From positions 496,001 to 560,000 of the forward strand of contig JAHLTZ010000006.1 in the NCBI GenBank assembly GCA_025786725.1: a stretch of DNA of 64,000 nucleotides. The letters are read 5' to 3'. Positions 29,601 through 43,443 of this stretch are shown piece by piece. The notes below the pieces were generated by a model. That model made no database searches. It saw only the letters and a program-made list of their open reading frames with translations, and was not told the DNA's origin. A program made the translations under genes and the position numbers. Origin of the DNA: Syncephalis fuscata S228. Its lineage: Eukaryota > Fungi > Zoopagomycota. The first letter of the stretch is position 1, and each line of letters opens with the position of its first letter.

Positions 29601-32600
29601 CTGTGAAGAATCAGATCGATTGGAGCAATTACATACAGATCTTACGACAGTGGGTTCTCCTAGACATCGCGTATTTGGTCTACCTCAGATATCATCGAGT
29701 ACCGCGGCGACTGTTGCCCATTCACCTTCTGATTTATCGATGGGAGCCACTGCTTATGTTAAATGTCGACATCAATTATGTACACGATACATTAAGCGAT
29801 GGATGTATACTAATTATGAACGGAATGCTGAACAATTCAATCAGTATGTTATTGAATATATCGATTTATGGTGTCGTTCATCAGATACAGCGCCTAGAAT
29901 GCCCGGTCGTCGATCTATACCGACTAAAATGGGTGCAGGCGCGCCGGCCAATACACTTGTGCCATTTGGTCGTCGTCTTGAAATACTATTAAGATTTAGA
30001 ACGAATCATTTACTATTTGATTCATTTGAAAGTTTATTTACTCAATGGATCGATTATTCGGTAAAGCGATTAAATACACTAGATTGTTTTGGATGGACGG
30101 TAATTGACTAAACGAATAGTTTTATATAGTTACTAATAGTATTGATGGTGTAGAATCATACAATAACCAATGTATTGCCTGTACAGCGTGTATTTGGTGA
30201 AGGTCGCTATCGACGTATGAGTAATACGTTAATGTTTAGTGTTGATGGACAACCAAACTTTCTTTCTTTAAACGATACAAAATTACTTATATACCAAGGA
30301 GATATTAATGTAATAGTCTCACGCTTAGCCTTTTTGCAAATGTCTGGGTAAGTAATATGATGAATACTTGTAACGATACTGATCTTTGTTACTATATTTT
30401 ATTAGATTGCCATTGACTATTAAGGTGCTTCGATGGTTGGGCCAACAATTAGCTGAACATAAGCATAAGCTATCACCAAGTAATGCCGTTCATAGTGTTT
30501 TACTTTTATGGCGTAGTTTACTTGCATCGGGTGATCAATATAGTATATTACAAGAAAATATTTTACCTATTTATGTAGCTGCACTACATACTGGACAGAT
30601 TAACTATCTGCGTTCTGTTAATGAAGATGAAGATGCACCTATTCAGCCAGAGTAAGTTACAGTATTATTATATGTAGTTAAATATATAACAATTAATACA
30701 CTGAATATAGGAGCCGTCTTTTATTCCATGGTATTCTTGCTTTAATGCTTTGTATTTGTGGCTGTCTACCAGAAGAAGTAGATGCATTAGAACTATTGCC
30801 ACCTGTTCAATCGCAATGCGTGTAAGTGGTAATCAGTTACTAAAACAATTTGATACTTATTTAACTATTATATGTATATTTATATTTATAATAGTATTCC
30901 AGAGATACGATTACCAGAGACACCTAATGTTATACAATTAACAGATAGAACACCTATTGTACAACCATTACTTGATTTTATTCATTTAACCCGACTTGAC
31001 GATGTTTATGTAACCATTCAGACTGTGGATGTACTTGTTAAACATGGTCGACGTATTGCTCAACTATCGTCATTTATGCGTAGTGTACAGCCAAAGTTAT
31101 TGGCACGGTAAGTATGATGACTATTATAATTGTAATTATAATTATTAATACATTATTATTAGTACATGGTCAGCGATGCAAACTATGAATTCATCTTTAA
31201 TAGAGTTTATTCTACCGGTGTTTTTTGCTTTAATCGATGCAGAACAAGCTTATTTCTATGAATTTATCAAACAATCATTTTGGGAGACTTGGGAATTAAG
31301 GTTTGTTGTTAGCAATCTCATTATTATTACTATTTGGTATTAATATATTATAATAGATATCAAGCATTAGATTCAACTTATGGCCTATTTATTAAACTAA
31401 CAGATAATTATATTGAACAATTTAGCGATAATTTATGTCAGCTTGGATTTATTGTAACTCAAATGGTTCAATGTTTATGGGATACGGAAGTAAGTGTTAA
31501 CAGTTTTACTACATTGGCTATAACAAGTTTAGGTAATGGTGGCCATTAAATCACGTACATTATTTGAAACGATGCCTGCACCGACACGAGCCATTACTTT
31601 CCGTTGTTGGAATGATTACTTTTCCAAAGCAGATTCTACTGAACAAAGTAGTATTTGCCAAGTAATGATACGCGTAGCGACAGCATTTCCTAGTTGGCCT
31701 AGTAAGTTGTGTATTAAAGGATAAAAGGGAATATTTATATTAATAGTGGTTTAAATAGTACTTAAATGGTCTATTTTACTTGATGGATTGGCCAATCATT
31801 TACCTCCTATTAAGATAGGGGTAAGTTAGTTGATATATACTTAATAATTTAATTGTAATAATTGTAATAATAATAATAATAATAATAGGGAATGGGAGGA
31901 AATCAAACAACAACTTCCGATGCTTCATTATCTGATTCATGGACACCATCTAATGAAGAAAATATTCCGGTAATTAAACAACTAATGTTAATATTATATA
32001 GTATAATAACTAATAACTATAATAATTGATATATAGACATTTCTACTTACACTTGCCTATCGTATGCTAGCCCGTAAAGTGCCTATTCCTGCCTCTGACC
32101 TATGTACACTTAAATACCTTACTTTGATACAAATGGGTTTCCGTGACTGTTTTGTACGACGAAGAACCCAAGATGTGCAATTCGGTCGACTTGACTTTGA
32201 TCCTCGTGATTTACGTCAACGGGCGGTTATACAAGTATGCGTGGCAGGCATGAATGAATTACTTGATATCTACCATATTTCTCGTACGGGTGTTGAGTTA
32301 CGTGAAAATAGCGATATTCATGAAGATGAAATTATTGGTACATCTTTCATCGATATCCTACTACAGCTATATAATTCACAAGTGGATCTTACTCAATTGG
32401 AAGATACTATGCTACGTACCTGGATAGAATCTGTTACTTTAATTACTCACAAGGTAATTAGACTAGCCAGTTAATTAATTAACTAACTAACTAACTAACT
32501 AACTATTTATCTATTAGTGTAATGTTAATGATTCAACACGAATGGACGAGATTGCCGATATTGTTAAACAATTAGCTCTATTACTTGATGGGCCTATATC

Positions 32601-35071
32601 GGCCGATAACCAGCTTCTTATTATCTCTACATTCTCGCTGGTTCTCCACCATGCACCTAACATTATTGCTGCGGCTCTATGGCGTGTTGTGTGTTGTGTT
32701 GGTGCCTTACTAACCCGTCTACGTAATCATACGCATAATACACTATTTAACAAGGCTCGCTACTTTTTATCACGAGCTATTTGTAAATTTAGTGATAGTG
32801 GTATCTTTTTATTAATATTTAAGGTAAGATAGAATGGCACCAATGGTAATGACACCTATCTAATCTAATGATATAATAGAATTCTCCAGCCCCTGGTTAT
32901 ATGATTGATAGTGTTGAGCAATTATCGCCGGATATTGACATGTTATTTGTTTTAAAGACAGTCATTACCGATATTGAACGGCATCCACCGGATGATTACA
33001 AATCAAGTACACCTTTACGTGAGAAACCGGTACAAGATGTACTTACACGTATTTTTACGTTAAAGACACTTGAAAAGTCTGGTGTCTCACGGATATTGTA
33101 TAATATGAGTCGTTACATTAAAGTAACTTATCCACTACCATTTAGTGATCATTTAGCGACTGGTAAGTTTTAATTATTTTATCCATTTATTTATATTAAA
33201 GCGATTCATTATTAGAATATATCAGTTTTCTTAATCGATTGGCACGTCATACTGCTAATTGGGATCCGGTGGAGTTTAACATTATACCTGTATTGTCATC
33301 AGCTGCAGTAATTCTACAAGAACATCCATATCATTTTGAGGTAATATATATATATATATATATAAGTAGTTATATCCATTCTATACTAATTATATTATTA
33401 TTATTATTGTTGTTGTTACTTTAGACTATGATTAATGCTTCAATGACTATATTTCGACATTCATTACAACGATTTGAACTGTCACGCACTGTAATGATTA
33501 ATATGATTATGGCATTCCGTCAATTATCAAAGAATATGCCATCACATCAAGGACATCCAAAAGAGAATCCATTTGCTTCATGTATTCTTACTGAGGTTGA
33601 GTCGCGATTAATTGGTCGTTCACGTATGTTGGCTTCAACGGCTGCTAATTGTATTGAGGTAAAATTAGACATTGAAATTAACTAATTGATTAATTATTAC
33701 TAAAACAATTTATAGCTTATTACACTTGATATGCAAGGCACGGTATATCTAGGTGAAGAGAGACTAAAGGCTAAACTACTATTTAATTGCTCATTAACCG
33801 ATATTTGTCGATGTGCTGCACAATATCTACGTCAACCACTATTGCTAATCGATAATGAAAGCAATTTACGCTTAGCCACGACACAATTGCTTGTATTTAA
33901 CATGGAATACAATGGCATGCAAGTAACAGAATTTCTACAAGATAATGTAAGTGTTTACTACAATTAATAAAATGTAATGTTATATTAATGATGTCTATTA
34001 GAATAATGTTAAAGGCGCATTGCAAGCACTATGTTGGCTATGTATCGCTACACTGGCCACTGATTCTATAGTCATGTATCGTACATTATTGGGTGCTCAG
34101 CGTATTGCTTCATTGCTTACACTTGCCTTTTCTGCCGGTCATGGCCCTGAATTTAATAGTATTTCACGATTTGGATTTATTGCCGTTAAAGCTTTATCGT
34201 TGATGTATTGCCGTATTGCCGTTGTACCTCATCTACTTAATTCGAATCTTGATGCATTCGCCGAAGGTGAAAATAGTCTTTGGCAAGAAGTATGGCCGGT
34301 GCTAAAAGATCAGTTAATTATTCTATTTAATCCAATGTTTCAACATGGTGCCATTGATTCGGTAAGTAGAAACTATTATAAATTTATTAATAAATATAAG
34401 CCAATTACTGATTTGTTATTGTTATTATTAGAATGTTGAAAGTATGTGGCATGATTTTATTGATATGATTGTTTTCCTACAACGAGCAAATGCACATGGG
34501 CTTTCCATCTATGCGGAACAATGGCCGCTATTACTTGACAAATTCATGGAACGGGTATGTGTTTGCACAGTTATTACTGTTGCTATAATATACGAATACG
34601 TCTAATTAAATACGTCTATTATTGTGGATATATTAATAGCAACGAGAACAAATGGGTGCTGTCGACGCCAAAGTATCTAACGCTCGTCGCGGCATGGATG
34701 AACCGCCGTCAGAACAACGACTTGATGTACTATTGGAACGACTGCTTACCGAGTTGATTCGTGTATCGGTATTGGCCGGTCAATCTACAACGACACCTAA
34801 TGCAGGAACTACGACGACCATAGGCTCGACAGGAATGAGCATGGGAGGATCGAAGGGCGGTTCAAGTTCAAATGCCGCTATCAATCTTACCACTTCGTTG
34901 AGTAGTAGTGGTGGTATAACACTTGGCAGTGTTACAGCTATGCCATCTATTATGCGGTCACGTAGTCTTAGTAATCCTACTCATTCGAGTGAACGATCCA
35001 TATCTGGTGGATTTATGAATTTGACAGTACCCCGATCACAGGGTCGTAGTGGTATTAAGAAACCCACTTGA
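26619..35071 (+). CDS. Very large (over 2000 aa) helical-repeat protein with two C1-like zinc domains; UNC79-like
   Basis: About 19 exons joined by canonical introns. C1 motifs (HNWLACHLFTLVGCADCHRPLWG..QGYYCKQCGRCIHTEC). Segment WELRYQALDST...WDTEVMVAIKSRTLFETM...WPILKW resembles the conserved UNC79 core as recalled. Confidence 0.65.
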
Positions 35072-35252
35072 TCCTACATCATTACACTAGATTATAGATG
35101 GATAATAAAGCGATGTAACAGCCTAATACTATAAAATGTAAAGATAGATATTTATTAAAAGATAGAACCGACTCTCTTCCCTTCAATCCTATAGTGTTAT
35201 ATAGTCATGAATACACCTGTGTCGTATACGTGTGCTATCCTTTCTCTTTTGA

Positions 35253-35483
35253 CTAATAATTGCCATTAGATTCGGCGGCATGCCAGTCAATAGCGTAGCA
35301 AACATAAGGACGATAGTTCTTGTCGTATAAGCTCAAGTGCTGCATTTCTTCTAGATCATCGCTGGTTGCATCCGCTTTCTGTCGGTGCTTTCCTTCCAAA
35401 TAGCCGTAAAGTCGATCAAGCGTCTTTTCCACCTTATCAATATGATTTGGATGAGGCTATGGAGCAATTAACATATGTTAATA

Positions 35484-35515
<32 letters not shown>

Positions 35516-36984
35516 CAAGTTACCTTAATAACACCGGCCATATAGTCGGATGATAGGCCGTAACGAAGAACCGATTCAACATAGGTTCGAATAAATTTTA
35601 CATGTATCCATGATGCAAATACTTCGCCAAAATTAATATTGCACCATTCAAAAAGAGATGCCTTATAGATAGGATCCGTATAAGTTACAATAATAAATAA
35701 ACATGCAAACTTACATTAAGTGCACGCTTTGTCGCTTCAAGTTCGGCCAATTCTTGACGATCACGTTGTAGTTGCGATTCATCAAATTGAAACTCGCGTG
35801 TAATGAATCTATTTTACTTTATTAATAGCTGCCATTAGTCTTTTATAAGATTTACTTACTTTTCTTCTCGGCATTTATTTGTAAACTCAGCGACAGACTT
35901 TTGCAGCAACACCACGCTATACAATCCGTATTCCGCGTCCTCTTGAATAAGTCTGTATAATTCATTCATCAGCCTAATGGTACCAATATTGTCAAATAGT
36001 ACCTACACTGATGAACGAGGTACAACACCAAACACGAGTTTTTCATATTTGGCTTGCCATTCTTTAGATAGATTACTAAGTGATCATTTAATTATATAAT
36101 CTTATAAACCATTGAAATAATTACCGTGGTACAGCAACAAAAACCGTTTGCAAATACTCGGAATCTGTGATACAGTCTTCTTGTTTAACAATACCAACTA
36201 GACTACGTACAGCTAGATTGCCACTAAATAATAATAATAATATGCTGTTTGTTAGTGGGGAATCGTAATAGCATTAAATATTTACGTTTGTTTGCGTTCC
36301 AGATTTTGCACCGATCCTTTTACATTGTTAAATTGGGTGATTTTAGTTTTTAATGCTGAATCAACATTGCCAACCGACTAAATATACATTATTCTATTAA
36401 AAAGTGGCCAATACACTATAGCTGATAAATAACTTACCTCTGCTATCATTACAACTATATCTTTCAATGGACGATCTGGACGATATTTCGTTGTATTCCA
36501 TTGAAAAGTCTTAACGTAATGATCCACCGATTCTAAATATGACGTATTATTATAATATATCAATGATGGAGTTAATGATAGCTACTATTACTTACTGTCA
36601 TAGACTGTCAAGTGTAGACTTAGATGCTTTCTTTCTTCACCAAGTAGATTTCCAAGTGTATCGGCCAGTTTGTTGGCCGTTGCTTCAAGTGCTTGGTCGT
36701 ATTTGACGAGCTCGTCCGATAATGTCATAAGACCGTCTAGTGACCCAGTCTATATATTTTATTCAGTTCATTTTATTATTAGTTTACGCTTCTATTTTAA
36801 CATTGTCCAATCTATTCACCTTGAATGACGGAAACTTAAGGGCGCACGTCTCAGCATACTCTGTGGGCTCCTCAGCAATGCTGCGACGTAGCTGGTGCCA
36901 CGATTGCACCCTATCCTGTTCCGCTTGACCAGTGCTTGAATTGCCGGCGTTTACCGGCACGGAAATAAGCCAGTACTGCGGCAT
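35253..36984 (-). CDS. VMA5: V-ATPase V1 subunit C, multi-exon
   Basis: MPQYWLISVP, FKTGSLDGLMTLSDEL, FQWNTTKY, GNLAVRSL, DSEYLQTVFVAVP, YEKLVFGVVPRSS, WIHVKFIRTYVESVLRYGL, YRPYV. Confidence 0.94.
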
Positions 36985-37649
36985 GATGATGGCAGTAGTA
37001 TAGATAGTAGATTTGTTAAAGAGCAAGGATTGTAAATAAACAGCTATAGCTTGTGTTTGATAGACGATAGAGCAATGTAACAAGCTAGGAACGAAAAGAG
37101 GAACGATAATGTTGGCGTCACCTGTTCAAGCAGGTAGAGGTCACCTGAATTAAAGCGTTTTCGTCATCATTTTTATATTGCTATTATTAGTATTGTGTTA
37201 TGTGGTGATGATGATGCTGAAAATTAGCGTATCATAATTGCTATTACTATTACTATTGTGTTATTATTATACACACTATTTAGTATTCAAATAATTATAG
37301 TGTATTTTAATAAAGGTGACAGCACGTACACCTCGATATTTATTCATTATTTCTACAATCGTTCAAACTATAGAAAAGCACAACAATAAAACGATGATAG
37401 AGATTGGTAGCATGAATAGTTGTAGCAAAAAATAAAATAAACACTCAGTGCCTAGGTATTTGAAGCAGTTGTTGGTTCATTGATGTTAAATAACAGCCAT
37501 TTCTAATAAGTGGCCAATTCGAGTCATGTTATTAGTCTACGGATTTATTAGAACTAGTAGCAGTAATAACAACAAGGATAGAATAATAGACAATCTTTGA
37601 TCTATTGGCTATTATTTGATTTATGCTATTATTTGGCAACGATTTAAAA

Positions 37650-38617
37650 TTACTATAATAAAGTACAAGTTAGTTATTAAATTTCTAAATTATTAATCTG
37701 CGTACCTGAGCAGAAGGGCGGATAGAACGACGAGCAGTCTGAGTCACTCTTCCGTTGTCTCTGACCGTTTCTATTACATTAAGATTGTTGGCGGCCTTAA
37801 TGTTGCTTGCTCTGACGGTAATCAAATCAGCTCGTCGGACATTTTGATTAAGACGGCCGTTATCGCGTACAGTTTCCAAAACATTGACATTGTTTAATGC
37901 ACGAAGATTTCGCAAATCGACTGTAGCCAAGCCATCACGACGCACGTTTTGATTTAATTGACCATTATCACGTACAGTCTCCACGGCGTTGATGTTATTG
38001 GCTGCACGGAGATTTCTTAGATCAACTGTGGCCAAACCATCACGACGAACATTTTGCGTAACGCGACCGTTGTCGCGTACGGTTTCTAAAACACCGAGAT
38101 TGTTCAATGCGCGGAGATTGTTTAAATCAAGGGTAAGTAGACCGTCACGACGTACATTTTGCGTAACACGGCCATTATCACGTACAGTCTCCACGGCATT
38201 GATATTATTGGCTGCACGGGCATTCGGAGCATTTACAGTGATAAGGTCGGCACGACGCACGTTCTGGTTCAGTTGGCCTTGATCGCGTACAGTTTCCACT
38301 GCGTTGACATTATTTAATAAACGAAGGTTCTGAGCACGTAGAGTGATAAGGTCATCACGACGTACGTTCTGATTTAATCGACCATTATCGCGTACAGTCT
38401 CCACAGCGTTGATGTTATTGGCTGCACGGAGATTTCTTAAATCAACTGTGGCCAAGCCATCACGACGAACAAGCTAGATGGGAAGTACATTAGCTACTAA
38501 ATTATTATACAACAAAGCATTAATAAATACCCTTTGGTTCACATTTAGCACTGTTGGTGCTGCATTGCTGACGGCTACAAGTAGAGCAACAACCAAAAAA
38601 ATAGATTTGATTTGCAT
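37650..38617 (-). CDS. Secreted Kex2-processed repeat protein (KEP): signal peptide + 7 x 35-aa Asn-rich repeats separated by RR
   Basis: Exon 1 MQIKSIFLVVALLVAVSNAAPTVLNVNQR, intron 38530-38474, then LVRR-(DGLATVDLRNLRAANNINAVETVRDNGRLNQNVRR-like)x7. A probable final intron (GTACGC...CTAAC...TAG) is followed directly by TAA. Confidence 0.9.
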
Positions 38618-38944
38618 AATTTCGAAAAATAATAGATGTTGTGTGATGAAAGTATTAACGAATAATAGCCAGTCAAGCTAAATAACGGACGACAGTTTGC
38701 GCAGTTTTGTTTAAAAGATTCTAGAAATGATTGCGAATTGAATATGATTTAAGCGCAGAATAGAAAGCAGTCAAAACTATTGGAATAACAAAACGCTGCA
38801 GTAAAAGAACGCGAGATGAGATGATTGTCGAATAAAGCGAGGCTATGTTGCAATTCCTCTTTATAGTAAAATTGTAGTATTTACAAACTACTTATCGCAT
38901 ATAATTGTATCGGCGGAAGTGTACAAGTGTTAGTAACATTGAAA

Positions 38945-38975
38945 ACTGTATCATTAGCATTGCTAATGATACAGT
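38945..38975. promoter_or_regulatory. Perfect 31-bp palindrome upstream of the KEP gene TATA box
   Basis: ACTGTATCATTAGCA-T-TGCTAATGATACAGT; TATAAA on the minus strand at 38865-38860. Confidence 0.55.
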
Positions 38976-39437
38976 CGTCAATCCAGAAACCATTTGGCGG
39001 AGCTTCATGCACAGTAAATCGTACGCGATTGCAAGTCACATTAGGTGTGGTGCCACGCCCCTTTAATTAATAAACTACCACGTGCACAACGCACGCACTT
39101 GGCACTGGCTATTTGCCATCAGGGGAAGCAAAGCGATTTATAGCTCATCATTGCGCATCATTGTTTTATGATCGTTGTTAAAAGGGGAAAGAGCATAAGA
39201 GCCACGGTAGCATCTTTATGTATAAACTCTATATTTGTTGCAGTACAGTGCAGCGATGTTCCGTGTAAGCTGCCATAATAGTGACATGAATTAAATTGTG
39301 CAATAATAATTGGATACATATCATTTTTATAAAACATTTTATTAAATAAACAAACAGATAAAAAGCGAATAGTGTACGTGAAGGCTGCCAAGCTATAATG
39401 CTATTGGAATAAATTGTAAGCTAGCTACAATCTATAA

Positions 39438-41622
39438 TTATGCATAAGCTTTCAACGGCTTTGATTCAGAATTGTCGGATGGACCTGATGTCGCGACAAA
39501 TTGAAGGAAACGTAAGTTATTATCCATTTTATCCTCAAAAACTGGAGCCGAAGGCCGGCTTTCTACTGCAGCATCGACTTGAGGCGTGTCCAGGCTGTTA
39601 GTTGCATAACCGTGCGGTTTCTGGAATGGTGCTTTTTCAGCTGTAAAAGCTAAATGTGCGCCTTGATCTGACTGCAAATTTTTCCAATTAGTATTAGATG
39701 TGTGCTCAATCGGATTTGGCGCTGATGAAGATTGTTCAGTTGATGTAGAAACCGATGCGGCTTGTGATTTTTCTTGCTGTTTGTTGTCATGTTGAAGAGG
39801 CTTTTTCTCGATATCACTAGCACTATGGGTTATCGTGCCAGTCAATTGATTCGCAGACTGATATGACATAGGTGCTGCTGTAACAGATGGTGTATTTACG
39901 TGTCCGATAAATGTGTCTGGCTTAGATTCATCATTTGCTAGATGTCCACTGCTAGTGGCAGATATGGTAGACTGATTAGGAATAACGACTTGAGATGATG
40001 TTATAGGACGTTGTGGCTGTTCTTGTACTTTTCCTAATGTTCTAGTCGATGCAGGAGTGTTTGTTGCTTGAGGAACAGGTGGCTGTGAGATATTAGTATT
40101 AGTATTGTTTGGCACATCTTGTGGCTTGGGCGATTGTTTTGAGTTATTATAGTAGGCATTTGCCTTAATATTATCACTATTACTGTGACCTTCATTAGCC
40201 ACAGCATTTGTTTCGGCTTCTAGAATAGCAGTTGCTGGCTGTGCAGTAAATCCATTATTTAGGTTATGTTCAAAAGTATCAACAGTGCCTGCTTCTGACG
40301 CTAGTACACCTGCTGGGGGGTTTGTAGCTTGTGTACCATAAGCAGCGTTTTCTGCATGAACACCGGATAGATCAGGATGGGCTATTTTGGCTGAATCATT
40401 GCCGGGCTGCGTCGAATAAGCTGCTGCTTGTGTGTTTGTTTTTAGACGTTGTTCATCCGTAGCTAAAACTTGGAAAGCTAAGTTTGCACTGCTATTAACA
40501 TCTGATGTCGATGGCTGATACTGGGGGGCTTCAGTAGCTGATTTATGTACAGTGTTGGCTGATGCGTTTATAGACTGTGATGATGGAGTACTAGCGGTTG
40601 ATGGTGCTGTTGTTATTTTTTCTGAAACGTTGTTTACTTCGCCTTGCGTATTATATCCTTTTGAAGCAGCTTTATTTACTTCAGCTGCATTTTCAGGTAT
40701 ATTTTTTTGTTTATTAGCAAAAGCTGCTTCAATTTTTGCGACGGATGGAGTAGTCTCAACAGTCTGAGTATTGACCATATTGGCTGCCATAGCACCATAA
40801 CCATTTGATATCACAGCATCTCCACGGGCACGTTGAGTATTTGTATTATCAACTGCAGAGTATGTTAGAGATTTGGCCTTAGATGCTGGCATCGTCTCCT
40901 TATTGTTGCCGGTGTTTATGTTTGTGCTTTGTAATGTCGTAGAATCTGCCTGTAATTGTGCAAAAGAGTTTGGGCTTTCATTGTTTTGTCCATTAGAAGA
41001 GCCATAAACGCTGCGGCGTCTTTGAGGACGGTCTTCGTTAACTATATTAAGTGCACTAACGCTTTGAAGTGCATTTAAATTAAGCAATGGAAGAAAATCC
41101 TCGCTACGACGCGCCAATCGATGCATTTCTTGTCCTGATGGCAAATAAGTCACAGCTTGGTGAGAGGTATCCAATGCGCTAAGTAGACTTTCCAAAAAGG
41201 AATAATGTTGATTCTCTGGTCTAAGCATTATAGTACGAATAGCATTGTCTGTTGTACCAAACGAATCAGCACTATCTTCAAGTGACCATTTTGAAATTCC
41301 GGATCCAGAAGGTGTGTAAGTACTTGGCCATTGGGCTAATTCGTCATCATCTTTAAAGCCAAAATGTTCTTCAATCAGATTTTGTAGCTGCAATTGATTT
41401 ATTGACTAAATAAATGTTAAATATTGAAATAAAAGCAGTTTAGCTATTTACCTTGATAATATTTTCGTTCGACAACATTTGTTCTACCGATAAACAAGCA
41501 TCAACATTTGTAGCACACTTTCTATTAAAAAATCGTAATGGCAAAGCATTGCAAGATGGTGTGATGGCGGCAGCGGCCAATACGCTAGCGGCAAAAATCA
41601 GAGTGAACTTTGTTGAATGCAT
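39438..41622 (-). CDS. Secreted low-complexity (S/T/N/Q/A-rich) protein, about 710 aa, 2 exons
   Basis: Signal peptide MHSTKFTLIFAASVLAAAAITPSCNA; intron after NENIIK; 651-aa second ORF; dibasic sites (LARR, QRRR). Confidence 0.82.
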
Positions 41623-42382
41623 TGTTGTGAAAATGAAAATGATACAAGTGTATAACTCGAAACAATTGCTGGATTGAATATACGTGTGTCTTCAAAAGTA
41701 GGTTGATATGATAAATATTAGAGGTTGTGGTGTAGAAGCGATTAGTATTTATAGTCTAGATTGCTTATGCAAATACTATTGCAATAATCTAACTATCATA
41801 GTATTATAACTCCTTTAACAGTAAAAGTCAGTAAAAATCTACATTTGAAATCACTAAACTAGTCTGTGCATTGTACAAACTTTCTATCAGTACTGCTGAG
41901 TGACGTTGCACTATACACGTAAGCATTGCTAAATCTAGGGGGAGTATTTTATTGAGATAATGTATTATAGTGAACATAGTGGGAAAATACATTAGGGGGA
42001 TAATTGAAATTGGAGTACATGACGTTGCCAGCAGCAACTGGGAGTACATTTAGTGCTGACGCAATTGGCAACGTAATAATTAATTACTAGCCAGGAGTGT
42101 TATGTACGTGTGTGGAGGTCAATTATCTGCACATTAATGTCAATAAAGTTAAATCAAAGGATTAATATTAGTTAATAATTGTCAATGGTGTTTCAAATGC
42201 GGGAAAGATTAAACAAGTGTAGATTCAACTAACAGTTCTCAGTACACACACACACACAAAAAGAGAGGCATGCATACACACTTTCAAAAACTTTCAACCT
42301 TTTCACAGTTTTCATCAAATACTGTGCACGTTCGTTCATCTATTACTTTTATACGCATTTTATTTTGCTTAACACAATCAAC

Positions 42383-43443
42383 ATGTCTGACGTCGAAGCG
42401 GTTGCTAAGAACTTGGAGGAGACTAAGCTAGATGATCAGCCTGAAAATGCTGAAGAGGTAGGATCAAAGGGGGATTGGCTGGACAGGAGAGGCGTGGTGG
42501 TTTGTTTATGCTGTAATCAAGCATTGCTAGCTGATCAAATCTTATCACGGCTAACGTGTAGACAGATCGAGTAAATAGGCTGTAGTAATGACAAGTTACT
42601 AATAGTTTTTATTGTGTGCAGGAATTGGCTTTTGACCCAAGTATGAAGAAGAAGAAGAAGAAGAAGAAGGTGGCAGATGTAGCTGCAGAAGATGCAGAGC
42701 CTACTGAAACGGCGCAGCCTGCCGAAGAGGCTGCCGAGGACGGTGAGGAGGCTGAAGATTTTGATTTCAGTATGAAGAAAAAGAAGAAGAAGCCAAAAAA
42801 GAAAGTCCAATTTGAAGGCGAAGAGGACGAAAACGTAGGCGATGTCGATGCTGAAGCAGCCGAAGACGGTGACGAGGCATTTGGTGACGAAGCCGAAGAT
42901 GCTGACGAGACAGAAGCGACCAATGTTGCTGATGAACAGGCCTGGCTTGGTTCTGACCGCGACTATACTTATCAAGAGTTGCTAGGACGAGTATTTAACA
43001 TTCTACGTCAAAAGAACCCAGAGTTAAGTGGTGAAAAACGTCGTTACATCATTGCACCACCTGTTATGGAGCGTGATGGTAAGAAGTCTGCATTCTCTAA
43101 TATTGCCGATATATGCAAACGTATGAATCGTCCTATGGAGCATCTTATTCAATTTTTGTTGACGGAATTGGGTACTACTGGCTCAGTTGACGGTAGCAAC
43201 CGACTTATCATCAAAGGTCGTTTCCAGCAACGTAATATGGAACATATGTTGCGTCGTTATATTCGTGAATATGTTACGTGCAAGACGTGCAAATCACCAG
43301 ATACCATTATCACCAAAGAAAATAGGCTCTTTTTTATGCAATGCGAATCCTGCGGCAGTACACGGTCTGTTGCTACCATCAAATCAGGCTATGTTGCCCA
43401 GACTACGAAGCGTTCGGTACTTCGTCGTGCGGCTGGTCAATAA
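42383..43443 (+). CDS. SUI3: Translation initiation factor eIF2 beta
   Basis: Poly-Lys boxes, [30 protein letters not shown]2-C2 zinc finger (YVTCKTCKS...QCESCGS). Confidence 0.97.
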
